Below are positions 48,412 through 59,500 of a stretch of DNA of 64,000 nt, piece after piece. The notes under the pieces are model-generated. The model did not search any database, had not been told where the DNA came from, and was given only the letters and a program-made list of their open reading frames with translations. Every line of letters begins with the position of its first letter. The first letter of the stretch is position 1. The translations under genes were made by a program, and so were the position numbers. Source of the DNA: Oopsacas minuta (lineage: Eukaryota > Animalia > Porifera); the NCBI GenBank assembly GCA_024704765.1, contig JAKMXF010000266.1:1-64000 (forward strand), read 5' to 3'.

Positions 48412-49443
48412 ATGGAGAGCGGGTATAGCACTGTTATCATTGACACAGGCACCAGCACTATCAAGGCGGGATTATCTTCGGATATGTACCCACGGGTAGA
48501 AATACCCACACAAACTCCTGAGGACTATGCTAATGAGCAAGCTAGACCAATTATGGAAAGAGGTATAGTAACAAATTGGAAGAGATTAGAGGATGTATGG
48601 TCGAATGTGATATACGATAAATTGGGTGTTAAATCTCCAGGGGAAGTCTTAATATATCTAACTGAGAGGGTTTTAAACCCAAAAGCAAACAGAGAAAAGA
48701 TGCTACAAATAATGATGGAAGAATTCCAATTCGGTGTCGTGTCATTCAACAGAAATACAACTTGTTCTATGATTGGATCAGGAAGGTTAAGTGGTACTAC
48801 ACTAGAATTAGGGGGCGGAATTAGCTCAGTTGTCCCTATCTATGACGGCTATGCACTGCCACACGCAGTACAATGTCTTGATGTAGCTGGTGACGATATC
48901 ACTGAATATCTAATGAGTATGCTCCATCAATCTGGTACATCAATCAACAGGGATATAGCGAGGAATATTAAAGAAAGTACAGCATATGTTTCTACAGATC
49001 CTGAAATAGATAATTCGCTATTACCAAATATCTATACACTGCCTGATGGACGAGTTGTATCAATCAGTACAGAGCGATACAAGTGTGTAGAACCTATCTT
49101 CGATCCTTCTCTGCTGGGACTAAAAGGTCCTGGTATACACCAACTCATAGCTGGGACATACAAACGACTAGAATCTAACAATCCGTACTTTCGTAACTTA
49201 ATACTAAGTGGAGGCAGCTCGTTATTCCCAGGGCTACAGGAGCGATTACACAGAGAATTAGCATCAACACTACAACCAACAATTAAGCCAAGTTATACCA
49301 TACTTCCTTACAGGAAGCACTTAGCATTTTATGGTGCCTGTATCATAACCTCTATGTCCAACTTTCTTCTATCTCAAAACACTTTCAGTATGGCAGAATA
49401 CGAGGAATCTGGTCCTAGTTTAGTGCACAGAAAGATATATTAG
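48412..49443 (+). CDS. Divergent actin-family protein (343 aa)
   Basis: IIDTGTSTIKAG, GIVTNW, NPKANREKMLQIMMEEF, VVPIYDGYALPHA, YTLPDG, LSGGSSLFPG, EYEESGPSLVHRK; shortened subdomain 2. Confidence 0.9.
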   Translation: MESGYSTVIIDTGTSTIKAGLSSDMYPRVEIPTQTPEDYANEQARPIMERGIVTNWKRLEDVWSNVIYDKLGVKSPGEVLIYLTERVLNPKANREKMLQIMMEEFQFGVVSFNRNTTCSMIGSGRLSGTTLELGGGISSVVPIYDGYALPHAVQCLDVAGDDITEYLMSMLHQSGTSINRDIARNIKESTAYVSTDPEIDNSLLPNIYTLPDGRVVSISTERYKCVEPIFDPSLLGLKGPGIHQLIAGTYKRLESNNPYFRNLILSGGSSLFPGLQERLHRELASTLQPTIKPSYTILPYRKHLAFYGACIITSMSNFLLSQNTFSMAEYEESGPSLVHRKIY

Positions 49444-49614
49444 TACAGAGTTCAATTATATGTTATTACAATATAGCGTTTGCAAAATGAATAACAAGAT
49501 ATTTGTGTCACAGTTCAGAGTATTGAGAGGTAGGAGTAAACAAATAATATTCAGTAATAGTTGTTCAAAAATTTGTATAAATAGTGATTTGTTTTAATTA
49601 AATAATACATCAAG

Positions 49615-51044
49615 ATGGCAGAACTAATTCAAGTGCATAGAGCTATTAATCTTAATACATTCTCTGATTGCACTTACTACGGACTAGAGTCTTGTCTTTG
49701 TAGTATTGACATAAAGTTAACAGCACCTTTATATGAAGCTAATGGAGAGCTGAGATCTCCTATTGATTTAGTAGCTGTAATAGATCGTAGTGGGTCCATG
49801 TCTGGAGAGAAGTTAAATCTAGTTATTAAGGTGTTACGTTTTGTTGCAAAACATCTGAAATCGGTAGACAGGTTAGCAATAGTGACGTATGATGACAACA
49901 TCCATGAACTCGTGTCTCTTGCATATGTTACTCAAACGAATCGTATACAATTCGACGCTAAGATAAGTAACATATGTTCAGGGGGTCTACCAATCTGAGT
50001 GGAGGTTTAATAAAGGGAATGAATATTATGAATAGAAGAGAAATGAAGAAAGCTGATGTTGCATCTGTATTGCTATTCACTGACGGTTTGGCTAACTGCG
50101 GTATTACGAATACGAATGACATTCTAACTGCAATGCAGAATATATTCGCAGGCAAGAAAGACTTCACAGTAAATACGTTTGGATTTGGTAGTGATCATAA
50201 TGCGTACATGCTCGAAGAGATCAGTAGAGTTGGTAACGGATTGTATTACTTCATTCAAAAAACTGAACAGATCCCTGAGATATTCACCAACTGTCTAGGA
50301 GGACTATTATCAACAGTAGGTCAGGATATATCCATTTCTATCGAGACATCAAATGGTGCTACAATTAAAGCAATCTTCTCCAAAGAGAACCCATCACTCA
50401 GTAATGGGAATAAGAAAGGAGTTGTTGGTATGGGAGATCTGCAGTCAGAAGAAGAGCGTGATATCCTGGTGGAGCTTAACCTCCCTACAGCTAAGAATAC
50501 AACAAGCTCGTATACCTATGCTAACGTTACACTCGAATACTTCAATGTTATCAAAAAGTATAATGACCATCATCAGAGAGAGGTGGTGATAGAAAGACAA
50601 TCAGACTTAAGCACACAAAAACTTAGCTTAGAAGTAGATGAACAGAGAAATAGAATACAAACAATTGATTCTCTAGCACGTGCTGCTGAGCTAGCAGAGA
50701 AAGGGAAAATGAAAGAAGCTAGCAAAGTATTAACTTCACGACAATCGTGCATTCGTAGTTCACATTCCCAAACTAGTCCTCGTGTAATTTCACTCGATAA
50801 TGACCTGAACACAGCTATGGAAAATTTATCAAGCGAGGCTATATACTCATCTCGAGGTAGATACGCGATAGCTAGCATAACTGGCAGTCATGCAAAACAA
50901 AGATCAACAACGACTCCATCTTACAATACGTCTAGTAGAACTACTACACTTCATCATTACGAAAATATAATGTCATCACTTTCATTTTATGAACATGAAT
51001 TTTCTCAACCTACCCGAAAAAATAGTGAACCTATCGACACCTAA
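49615..51044 (+). pseudogene. VWA-domain gene, tandem copy 1, frameshifted as assembled
   Basis: ORFs 49615-49998 and 49974-51044 are two frames of one gene. The G5 run at 49981-49985 is G6 in the intact copy (52151-52156). Either a true pseudogene or a homopolymer sequencing error. Confidence 0.7.
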
Positions 51045-52845
51045 AAGTTACTACCACCAATACCTCCGAGAGGGGCTGCTCCAGAGCCAACTACATATCC
51101 TCCTCCTCCTCCAATCCCCAAGAAGGGTTCTAGACTATCTCTCAATCTTGATATCCGTCGGAAATCGCAAAGCGATGATAAGCCCGAATCTGAGAAAGGT
51201 CCCCCCTTCATAAACGAGATGTAACTGTCTTATCTATAAGACAATTATTGTGTTATGCCCTCTGAACTATATCTATACGCTCTTTATTGATAATTGTGTG
51301 TATTTTTACCCTTGAATTTTGCATTGATTATCTTTTCCTATTAAATATACGGTTAATTATATAATTTACATTCGGATTCAAATAACCTAATAAAAAATCA
51401 ACTTTTAACAGTTCACAGTTGTATAATCCCTTAGAGATTCCTTGCGTGAGATATTGGAGGTTTCCTGTCCACAACTTATAGGGAGGAGGTCGTTCCAGCT
51501 CCTTTGTCATCTCCTATCTTTGAGTTGCCTTACATTTTCACTAATATGATTAATCTGGCTTTATCGTCCACAGAAATATCTTCTAGTTCAGGTTTCAACT
51601 TACGTTGTACATTAGTTATAGGGTATTACCTCATAACATTAGAGATTTTCAAAATGTACAATAATATATTATGTCACATACCAGAATACAGAGGGATAAG
51701 AAGAATTATTTATGATAGATGAGTCATACCGTAAAAGTAACATAAATAGAGATTTCTTTGCATTTTAATAATACTTACATCAAGATGGCAGAACTAATCC
51801 CACTGCAGAACTCCATTAATGTTAATACATTCTCTGATTGCACTTACTACGGACTAGAGTCTTGTCTTTGTAGTATTGACATAAAGTTAACAGCACCTTT
51901 ATATGAAGCTAATGGAGAGCTGAGATCTCCTATTGATTTAGTAGCTGTAATAGATCGTAGTGGGTCCATGTCTGGAGAGAAGTTAAATCTAGTTATTAAG
52001 GTGTTACGTTTTGTTGCAAAACATCTGAAATCGGTAGACAGGTTAGCAATAGTGACGTATGATGACAACATCCATGAACTCGTGTCTCTTGCATATGTTA
52101 CTCAAACGAATCGTATACAATTCGACGCTAAGATAAGTAACATATGTTCAGGGGGGTCTACCAATCTGAGTGGAGGTTTAATAAAGGGAATGAATATTAT
52201 GAATAGAAGAGAAATGAAGAAAGCTGATGTTGCATCTGTATTGCTATTCACTGACGGTTTGGCTAACTGCGGTATTACGAATACGAATGACATTCTAACT
52301 GCAATGCAGAATATATTCGCAGGCAAGAAAGACTTCACAGTAAATACGTTTGGATTTGGTAGTGATCATAATGCGTACATGCTCGAAGAGATCAGTAGAG
52401 TTGGTAACGGATTGTATTACTTCATTCAAAAAACTGAACAGATCCCTGAGATATTCACCAACTGTCTAGGAGGACTATTATCAACAGTAGGTCAGGATAT
52501 ATCCATTTCTATCGAGACATCAAATGGTGCTACAATTAAAGCAATCTTCTCCAAAGAGAACCCATCACTCAGTAATGGGAATAAGAAAGGAGTTGTTGGT
52601 ATGGGAGATCTGCAGTCAGAAGAAGAGCGTGATATCCTGGTGGAGCTTAACCTCCCTACAGCTAAGAATACAACAAGCTCGTATACCTATGCTAACGTTA
52701 CACTCGAATACTTCAATGTTATCAAAAAGTATAATGACCATCATCAGAGAGAGGTGGTGATAGAAAGACAATCAGACTTAAGCACACAAAAACTTAGCTT
52801 AGAAGTAGATGAACAGAGAAATAGAATACAAACAATTGATTCTCT
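49652..52845 (+). repeat. Direct duplication, about 1.02 kb identical block (49652-50674 and 51822-52845)
   Basis: Read side by side, the two blocks appear identical except for the single G indel; offset 2170/2171 bp. Confidence 0.92.
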
Positions 52846-53254
52846 GAAACGTGCTGCTGTGCTAGTAAATGAAGGTAAATTGGATGATGCTTATAAGGAA
52901 ATTGCTTCCCTAAAAAAGTCTATTCGTAGCTCTCGTTCTAATTTTACGCGCCTTGTAACCTCACTAGATGATGATCTGGATACTTTGCTGAAAAGCTTAA
53001 CTAGCAAAGATCTTTCCTCATCCATAATAGCTAGTTTGACTAGTAGTCATGCTGAACAAAGATCTACAATGACTTTATCTTACCGTACGTCCCGTAGAGA
53101 AAGTATACATGTTGAATTTGAAAATTCCCAGATTATCAGCTCTCCAGGGGCGCTATCCGAAATACCTGTTAGGTTAGCTACTTCGATCCCAGTCTCATAT
53201 CCTGCTTTAAATGGAATATTACGCCGGAACCCGAAAAGTACTAATGAGCCCTAA
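51785..53254 (+). CDS. VWA-domain protein, tandem copy 2 (intact, about 489 aa)
   Basis: ATG at 51785. MIDAS IDLVAVIDRSGSM...GGSTN...LLFTDG; C-terminal region with HAEQRST. Confidence 0.88.
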   Translation: MAELIPLQNSINVNTFSDCTYYGLESCLCSIDIKLTAPLYEANGELRSPIDLVAVIDRSGSMSGEKLNLVIKVLRFVAKHLKSVDRLAIVTYDDNIHELVSLAYVTQTNRIQFDAKISNICSGGSTNLSGGLIKGMNIMNRREMKKADVASVLLFTDGLANCGITNTNDILTAMQNIFAGKKDFTVNTFGFGSDHNAYMLEEISRVGNGLYYFIQKTEQIPEIFTNCLGGLLSTVGQDISISIETSNGATIKAIFSKENPSLSNGNKKGVVGMGDLQSEEERDILVELNLPTAKNTTSSYTYANVTLEYFNVIKKYNDHHQREVVIERQSDLSTQKLSLEVDEQRNRIQTIDSLKRAAVLVNEGKLDDAYKEIASLKKSIRSSRSNFTRLVTSLDDDLDTLLKSLTSKDLSSSIIASLTSSHAEQRSTMTLSYRTSRRESIHVEFENSQIISSPGALSEIPVRLATSIPVSYPALNGILRRNPKSTNEP

Positions 53255-53596
53255 TCTTCATAAACGAGATGTAGCAGTCCCTCTGTAGGACAACTAGTGT
53301 GATAATTATACCCTCTGAACTATATATGCTTGTTATTGATATTTGTGTGTGTGTATTATTGCTTTTGATTTTGTATTGATTATCTTATCCCATTAAATAT
53401 ACAGAAATGATTATTCAGCATAAAAATGTAATATATTTAATTAATAATACTCACAATTATTCGAAAGAAGAATTATATTTATAAGTAAATACGAATTAAC
53501 ATACTTGAAGTTAATGATATAACAATTTGACTGATAAGTGAGATTATAATAATAACTGAGTTGTGAGTAAAGTGCAAGTGAGTGAGTGAGTGTTAG

Positions 53597-55054
53597 TTAG
53601 AATATGTCAGGAACTTTACCGAAGTTTTGCCTTAATTTGCATATCCAGTAGTCTCCATTGTAACAATATGTTGTGGATTTTGTATCAGGGTCATACATTG
53701 GAACAAACCAACGCGGGCGATAGTCTAGTTTGGAAATTTCTCGAATCTTTCTTGTTCGTCTCTGCTTCTCTTCAAGTCTGTACTTGGTATCAGAAGCTTC
53801 GTCTACGTTTCCTTCTTCCAGCAGTCTCTGGTCTGGACGGAGTCTTGAGTCAGTTGAGCAGAGATAAGTTTCTGGATCTATTTCATTTAAACTAAGAGAC
53901 AGTTGTGTAAACCCGTACTGATTGAAAGCGTGAAGTATAGGAGGTTTAGCTGTCCATAACTTATGGCTCTCGTTACCAGCACCTGTATCAGTCTTGCTAT
54001 TAACCTTAGTATAAGACATACCTTGATCCCATCGTCCATTTATTACATACTCAACTGATCCATCTGCATTCTTAACTTCTCCGTGTACTTCTTTGTACAG
54101 ACTCCCAACTTTGGAGTGAGGCGTGAAAACTACAGTAGCTAGCTCTCCTGTATTGTGACAGCGTATTTCTAGTGTACCATCATGATCCGCCCAGAAATTG
54201 CCCAGGATTAAGTTATGAATTATAAGAGTAGGCTTAGACCATGAGTAATGCAATCCATCCATTTTTGTACGTAAATGCAACACGCCCTGCGGAATAACTT
54301 TACAGTACTGTCCACGGAATTTCAGCTCTAAACGCACCTCTCCCCACAGAGTCCAATCTACACCCTCAGCATGGAATGCTGTCATAGGAGGATGATGACT
54401 GGTCTGTTCAGTCAAACAAGCTACACCCATAGTCTCACTAATTAGTTCAAAGGTCTCTCCGAGCAATGGGTTAAATGGCTTACTATACCGATTCTGTGTA
54501 GTGACGTAACAAGAAGCAGCAAACCCTGCAATATAAGCTAATCTCTCTGCAGTATCCTGTGTTCTACCTGCTATATTCAACTGCTCTACATAGTCTAGAT
54601 CCTCACAAATACGCTGTGTAAACGATAAAGGTTCATTAAATGTTATTGGCATTGGTACACGAGTAAGATCCTTGCCTAGACAATGCTTTAAGAAAGACCA
54701 CACACTAAATCCTACCTGATCCTTCATAACAGGCAAACTATCTCTGGGTTTAGTACGACTACTAAATTGCTGGATAATAAACTGTGTAGTTAATTCGTGT
54801 GGATTAAATATACGATTAGCAGGTAGTGTAAATTCATTGTATGCATCTTTAAACTCGTCATCATCTCTATTTGACAATTCAGCATCAGATATATGTAATT
54901 TATCATCAGTACACTCTTCTGTATATGATTCTAACACATCGCTAGTACTGAGGTTATCTTTATCCCATTTGGTTCTGGGTTTAATAAATTCTATATCTTG
55001 AGACACGTCAGTAGATGAATTCCCATGAGATGCTATGCTTGATATCTCCGACAT
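53597..55054 (-). CDS. Oxysterol-binding protein-related protein, short form (ORD only, FFAT-like motif, no PH domain)
   Basis: EQTSHHPP fingerprint, GKDLTRVPMPITFNEPLSFTQR, KPFNPLLGETFE, DSRLRPDQRLLEEG; acidic DDDEFKDAYNE resembles FFAT. Confidence 0.9.
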   Translation of the reverse strand: MSEISSIASHGNSSTDVSQDIEFIKPRTKWDKDNLSTSDVLESYTEECTDDKLHISDAELSNRDDDEFKDAYNEFTLPANRIFNPHELTTQFIIQQFSSRTKPRDSLPVMKDQVGFSVWSFLKHCLGKDLTRVPMPITFNEPLSFTQRICEDLDYVEQLNIAGRTQDTAERLAYIAGFAASCYVTTQNRYSKPFNPLLGETFELISETMGVACLTEQTSHHPPMTAFHAEGVDWTLWGEVRLELKFRGQYCKVIPQGVLHLRTKMDGLHYSWSKPTLIIHNLILGNFWADHDGTLEIRCHNTGELATVVFTPHSKVGSLYKEVHGEVKNADGSVEYVINGRWDQGMSYTKVNSKTDTGAGNESHKLWTAKPPILHAFNQYGFTQLSLSLNEIDPETYLCSTDSRLRPDQRLLEEGNVDEASDTKYRLEEKQRRTRKIREISKLDYRPRWFVPMYDPDTKSTTYCYNGDYWICKLRQNFGKVPDIF

Positions 55055-55117
55055 TATTCTTATTTCAATTATACCGTCTCTATTATTACTGCACTTTTAT
55101 ACGTTTTAGTTTTTATT

Positions 55118-55620
55118 GCAAAGCCTAACAAACGTAAATTAACTATCTTGGTGAGCTCAATATTTTGGAAGACAATTATAGACTCAGAAAACTGTCAAAT
55201 CGTTGCTGGGTACCCGCGTATTGGAAAAACCATAAATGCACGTGCAAGGCCAAGGTAATAGACGAAACTACAACTATAAATTGTGTTAAGAAGCCATCGT
55301 ATAGCTAACTTACGTACATAACAGATATGAACAGCACACATGAGATTCTTGAGGGACAGTATGATTTCTGCAAATACCCTGGCCTGGAGATTGAATTATG
55401 GACAAAGCAGAATATCGAGTTTATTAAGAATTTATCGAGTAGGTCATGAGAGATGTGTTATATTGAAACAAGTACCAGTATTGATTGGTAACCTCTTTAT
55501 TGATTAAATAAACTTAGGGAGATGATATGTTTATTGGTTTCACATGTATTTTGTGTATATTTAAATAACTTGCTTAAAATGATTAGATATTTCTCCATTT
55601 ACCCCATGTCCTTATGAAAA
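55118..55620 (+). pseudogene. Possible decayed NACHT/P-loop NTPase fragment
   Basis: Frame 55118-55258 reads ...SSIFWKTIIDSENCQIVAGYPRIGKTINAR (Walker A-like; GYPRIGKT at 55208-55231). Further protein-like fragments follow (THEILEGQYDFCKYPGLEIELWTKQNIEFIKNL), broken by stops and frameshifts. Confidence 0.35.
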
Positions 55621-55673
55621 TACAGAAGAAAAATAATAATTAAATAATTCAATAGAAATAAGTGTAGTATTTA

Positions 55674-56369
55674 TCATGATAAGGGTAGTTTAATTCCAGC
55701 ATTAATAATCGCCCTTGCATCTTGCCGCGAGAAAAACTCGACAAAATCCTCTTGATCTATAATCCCAGAAGATTTCCTATCCATAATTTTGATAATCTTT
55801 TCAGCTAGTTCCTCATTATCACTCTGAGTTGATTCAGTATATATTAATGATACTAGTTTAGTCAGCAATGCTTTTGATATTGGATCTCCGTTAAATATTA
55901 TTTGGAACAATAATTGACTCTTCACCAGCCCGTTAGAATTGCTCCATTTCGCTAGATACTGCACATAAGAAGGAAAGTCTATGTTATTTGAGTTGCCCTC
56001 TACCCTTAGAATACGTCTGAAAATATTCTTAGTAAACGGATCAGTAAATTCTGTTAAATCACATTGTATTAGTTTGTCAGTATTAAGGGGATATTTGTAA
56101 TACTGTTGCCATAGGAATTCTACTTCTTCTTGGGATATGTTATTTACTTCTGCAATCTCAACCATATTAATGTTGCTACCAGCACTCGAATCGGGACCTG
56201 GAGTGATATCTTGAGTAGGAGAGGGTTCATCTTGTTGCGAGCCATCAGTATTATTAAACTCACCACGAGCCGGTGGGTGAATGTCAGGCTCTTCTTGCCG
56301 TTGTGGTTGTGGCTGTTCTTGTTCTGCAATGTTTTGTGTTGAACGGACGCGTGATTTTTTCTGCCCCAT
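55674..56369 (-). CDS. Myristoylated EF-hand protein (calcineurin B / CHP / CIB-like, divergent)
   Basis: MGQKKS (MGxxxS) N-terminus; ISQEEVEFLWQQY, IDFPSYVQYL...KSQLLF and a C-terminal EF-hand MDRKSSGIIDQEDFVEF. Confidence 0.7.
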   Translation of the reverse strand: MGQKKSRVRSTQNIAEQEQPQPQRQEEPDIHPPARGEFNNTDGSQQDEPSPTQDITPGPDSSAGSNINMVEIAEVNNISQEEVEFLWQQYYKYPLNTDKLIQCDLTEFTDPFTKNIFRRILRVEGNSNNIDFPSYVQYLAKWSNSNGLVKSQLLFQIIFNGDPISKALLTKLVSLIYTESTQSDNEELAEKIIKIMDRKSSGIIDQEDFVEFFSRQDARAIINAGIKLPLS

Positions 56370-56598
56370 ATATACGAATACAAGTTCGCTGATTTTAATT
56401 TAAATTAATCTTTGTACCGAACCTATATACTATATCCCTTAGCAAACCTGCTTACAAGTGGAAAATAATATACATATTACGTGTTACACAAACAAATGTA
56501 TACAGCAATACTCAAATCAGTGATTAACAAAATAGATGAGTGATGTCTATAGTAGATAGTTAACTCTAAATTCATAGAGTTGAAACATAACATTAACA

Positions 56599-59500
56599 TC
56601 AACCGAATAGTTTAATGAAGCAGGGATGACAGTAAGGCTTATTCTGGTGCTCTTTAAACGTTCCTTTATTCAATTCAGTCATACAGAAAGCACATTTAAA
56701 GTGGTCAGGATGGTATTTCTTCCCCAAAGCAGTTACACAAGCTCCGATCACTGGTTTAAGACAGCTAGCACATAGGGTACCTCTAGCTGCATGATAATGT
56801 AGCTCACAATATGGTCTGCCCTCCAACTCAAATATATTGCCGCCTTTGAAAGGAACATGACAAACCTATGAAATTGAAATTTGTATAATTGTTAGGTAAT
56901 AAAATATAGTGTAAACTTGGTGTCTATATACAACTCTACTCACTTTGCATACAAAACATTCAGGATGCCATTGAGTACCCATAGCACTCATGAACCCATC
57001 CATGATTGCATTACCACAGGCTCTACACCTCGGAGCAAACATTTCATAGTAATCCTCTGTGCAATAAGCTTTGCCTTTGTGTTCATGAAAACCATCATGT
57101 CCAAAGGATTTACCGCATTGAGCGCAGAAGAAATGCTCAGGGTGCCATGTCTTGTTGAGAGCAGTTACAACTTGCTAAATATAAGATTATAAGAATATAC
57201 CAATCAAATAGTAAATATAGTTATGTACTTACATCTAGTATGCTACCATTACAATATGCACATTTTGGAGAGAAGAGCTCTTGATGATCTTTTTCGCAAT
57301 AAGGCTGTCCGTTATGTTCGAAGAAAGTTACATGTGCTAAAGAATTTTCACAAGAAACACACACGAAATGGTCCACGTGCCATTGTTTCCCCATTGCTGT
57401 CAGTGCCTTCAAGATAATAAATAAAATTGCAAATATAAAGTTCTAGTTAATAATATTATAAATCACCCACATGCAGTATAACTATATAGAACGTGTATGA
57501 ATGGAAATTACCTTCAATTGCTTACAAATCTATCAAAAGGAACAAATGGCGAGTTCAAAGTCTAAATCAAGTTCAGTTGGGATTTGCGAAATAGTTGGTC
57601 ATTTTTTGGAAGAGTACACGACTACAACACCTCAAAAACTTAAAATTATTGATGTTTACTTATCATTTATTTTGTTTACAGGAATTTTCCAATTCATATA
57701 TTGCTTGCTTGTTGGAACCTTTCCATTCAACTCATTTTTGGCTGGGTTCATTTCCTGTGTGGGAGCATTTATACTCGCTGTCTGCCTTAGAATACAAGTA
57801 AACCCACAAAACACAGCTCAATTCAAGATTTCAGAAGAACGAGCATTCGCTGATTTTCTATTCGCTAGTTTCGTGCTGTACTTGGTAGTATTCAATTTCT
57901 TAGGCTAATATTATAGCCCTGACTAGCTAGATTATTTATTGTGTTAGATTACCCAAATGTTGTGAGCTATATTTTGTTATAAATCTTGTGTTAGGTATAT
58001 TCCATTCGTTTCGTATAGAAATAATTCATTAACAAGGCCCGGTATAGTGTAGTAATGGTAGGAGGATTCGTCACGAAACATGATCTTTATGATTTGGGCA
58101 CTCTGACCTACATTTTTTGCAATTTTGCATACAAAACTGACTTGTAGTTTTGAGATATGCCATGCAAAGTGATTGAGTGACAAGCAATTGTGGTCGCTTA
58201 ATTGAAGTATTAATCATATTTAGGTTTACTAGTCTAACTTACGTTCCCCAGAATGGGCATTTTACAAGCAGAACAATTTCCCTGAGAGTCAGTATCCAAT
58301 CCTTTCCTTATAGCATCTTTCTGTAGAGTTCCTACAATGTTATCTAGCTCACCTAAATCCTCACTTCCCATACTCTGTATATTATCATCAATAGATAGCT
58401 GAATAGCGTCTAACTGTGATAGATAAGGGTTAATATCCTCAGTAGTGTTTGGAGGACGAGAGGGCTTAGTTGGGTTATTTTGTAGAGGTTTATTGATAGC
58501 ACTCGGCTATAAATAGAAAAAATAAGACTACATTTACATATCTAGATTATCAACCTGTAGGTAGCTACCTTGATATCCTCTAGAGAGGCCATAAGATCGT
58601 TGAGGCCCTGTAATCTATCATTAGCTCTCTCATTCGGTTTGTAAGTAGGTCTAGGTGGTACTCTACCTGAAAATCCACTCAGTTTAGGCTTAGCAGACGG
58701 TGATACTTCCATATAAGGAGATGGCTCTTTCACCTTAGAGACAGGTAATTTCTTTCCGTCTGTAGGAATAGCTTCATAGAAATGTTCCTCTATTTCGTTA
58801 TTTGAGTTCCTCACTTCAGGATAGTCGTATTCAGCTTCTTGACTATAATTACTGGGTATCTCTGTATAGTCGTAGTCAGCTGGTTTTTGTTTAACATCAT
58901 TCAATACATCATAAGCTTGTGACGGCTGTCCTTTAGCCAAATGATCATAAGAGAGAGAGGCTGCAACTAAAGAGTACAATAGCCATTCAAACAGTGAATA
59001 ATAAATAATTATATAGTGATATACTTACAGGGCTGGTCCTGACTACCAAACTCATTCAGTGACTCTAGTAATTTATCGAGTTGTAAGAGCTCTGATTTCT
59101 TCTCTTTTTGAGGAGGTTTAGTAACTATTTTAACGTCTCTAGTCTCTAAGTAGTCAGCTGGTCCCTGGTTTGGTGGGAACTTAGGAGGCTCCGGTTTATC
59201 AGCTACTGTAGATTTCTTGTGTGCCTATTTGAAAGGAATTATAAATTATAATAAGGACGTTATAATGGGGATTTATGGCTTACTATTTTGGGAGGTGACT
59301 TCTTATCCATAAATGGTTTAGCGTAGGTATGTGACGGAGATAACTGAATAGAGTTCTGCTCTTTCAGAGCCTCAAGAGCTGCCATCTGTTGTTCTAGAAT
59401 ATCCAGAGGGTTAGGTTCTACCTGACTATTTCTGCTAGGACTGAAAGGAGGAGGAGATGGGAAGCTAATGGCAGGGGGTACTTCATATCCATCTATTTCT

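Noticed and set aside
49974-49998. Programmed ribosomal frameshift in VWA copy 1
   Set aside because: The identical paralog has one extra G and is in frame; an indel or sequencing error is simpler, and there is no slippery heptamer or downstream structure.
51430-51640. Possible transposase relic between the VWA copies (minus strand ...ELEDISVDDKARL...)
   Set aside because: Only a five-residue DDKAR resemblance to Zator-like transposases; multiple stops, and no terminal inverted repeats or target-site duplication seen.
7239-53591. Short microsatellites such as (ATT)n near 7239, (GT)n near 23980 and (GAGT)n near 53577
   Set aside because: Ordinary low-complexity sequence in AT-rich non-coding DNA.
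57977-58215. Possible ncRNA (tRNA-like GGCCCGGTATAGTGTAG start, CTGA box, AATTTTG followed by the hairpin CAAAACT-N7-AGTTTTG) or a 78-codon minus-strand ORF in the paxillin intron
   Set aside because: No T-arm or cloverleaf, no proper box C, imperfect Sm site, and the ORF matches nothing I recognise. An Infernal/Rfam scan would settle it.
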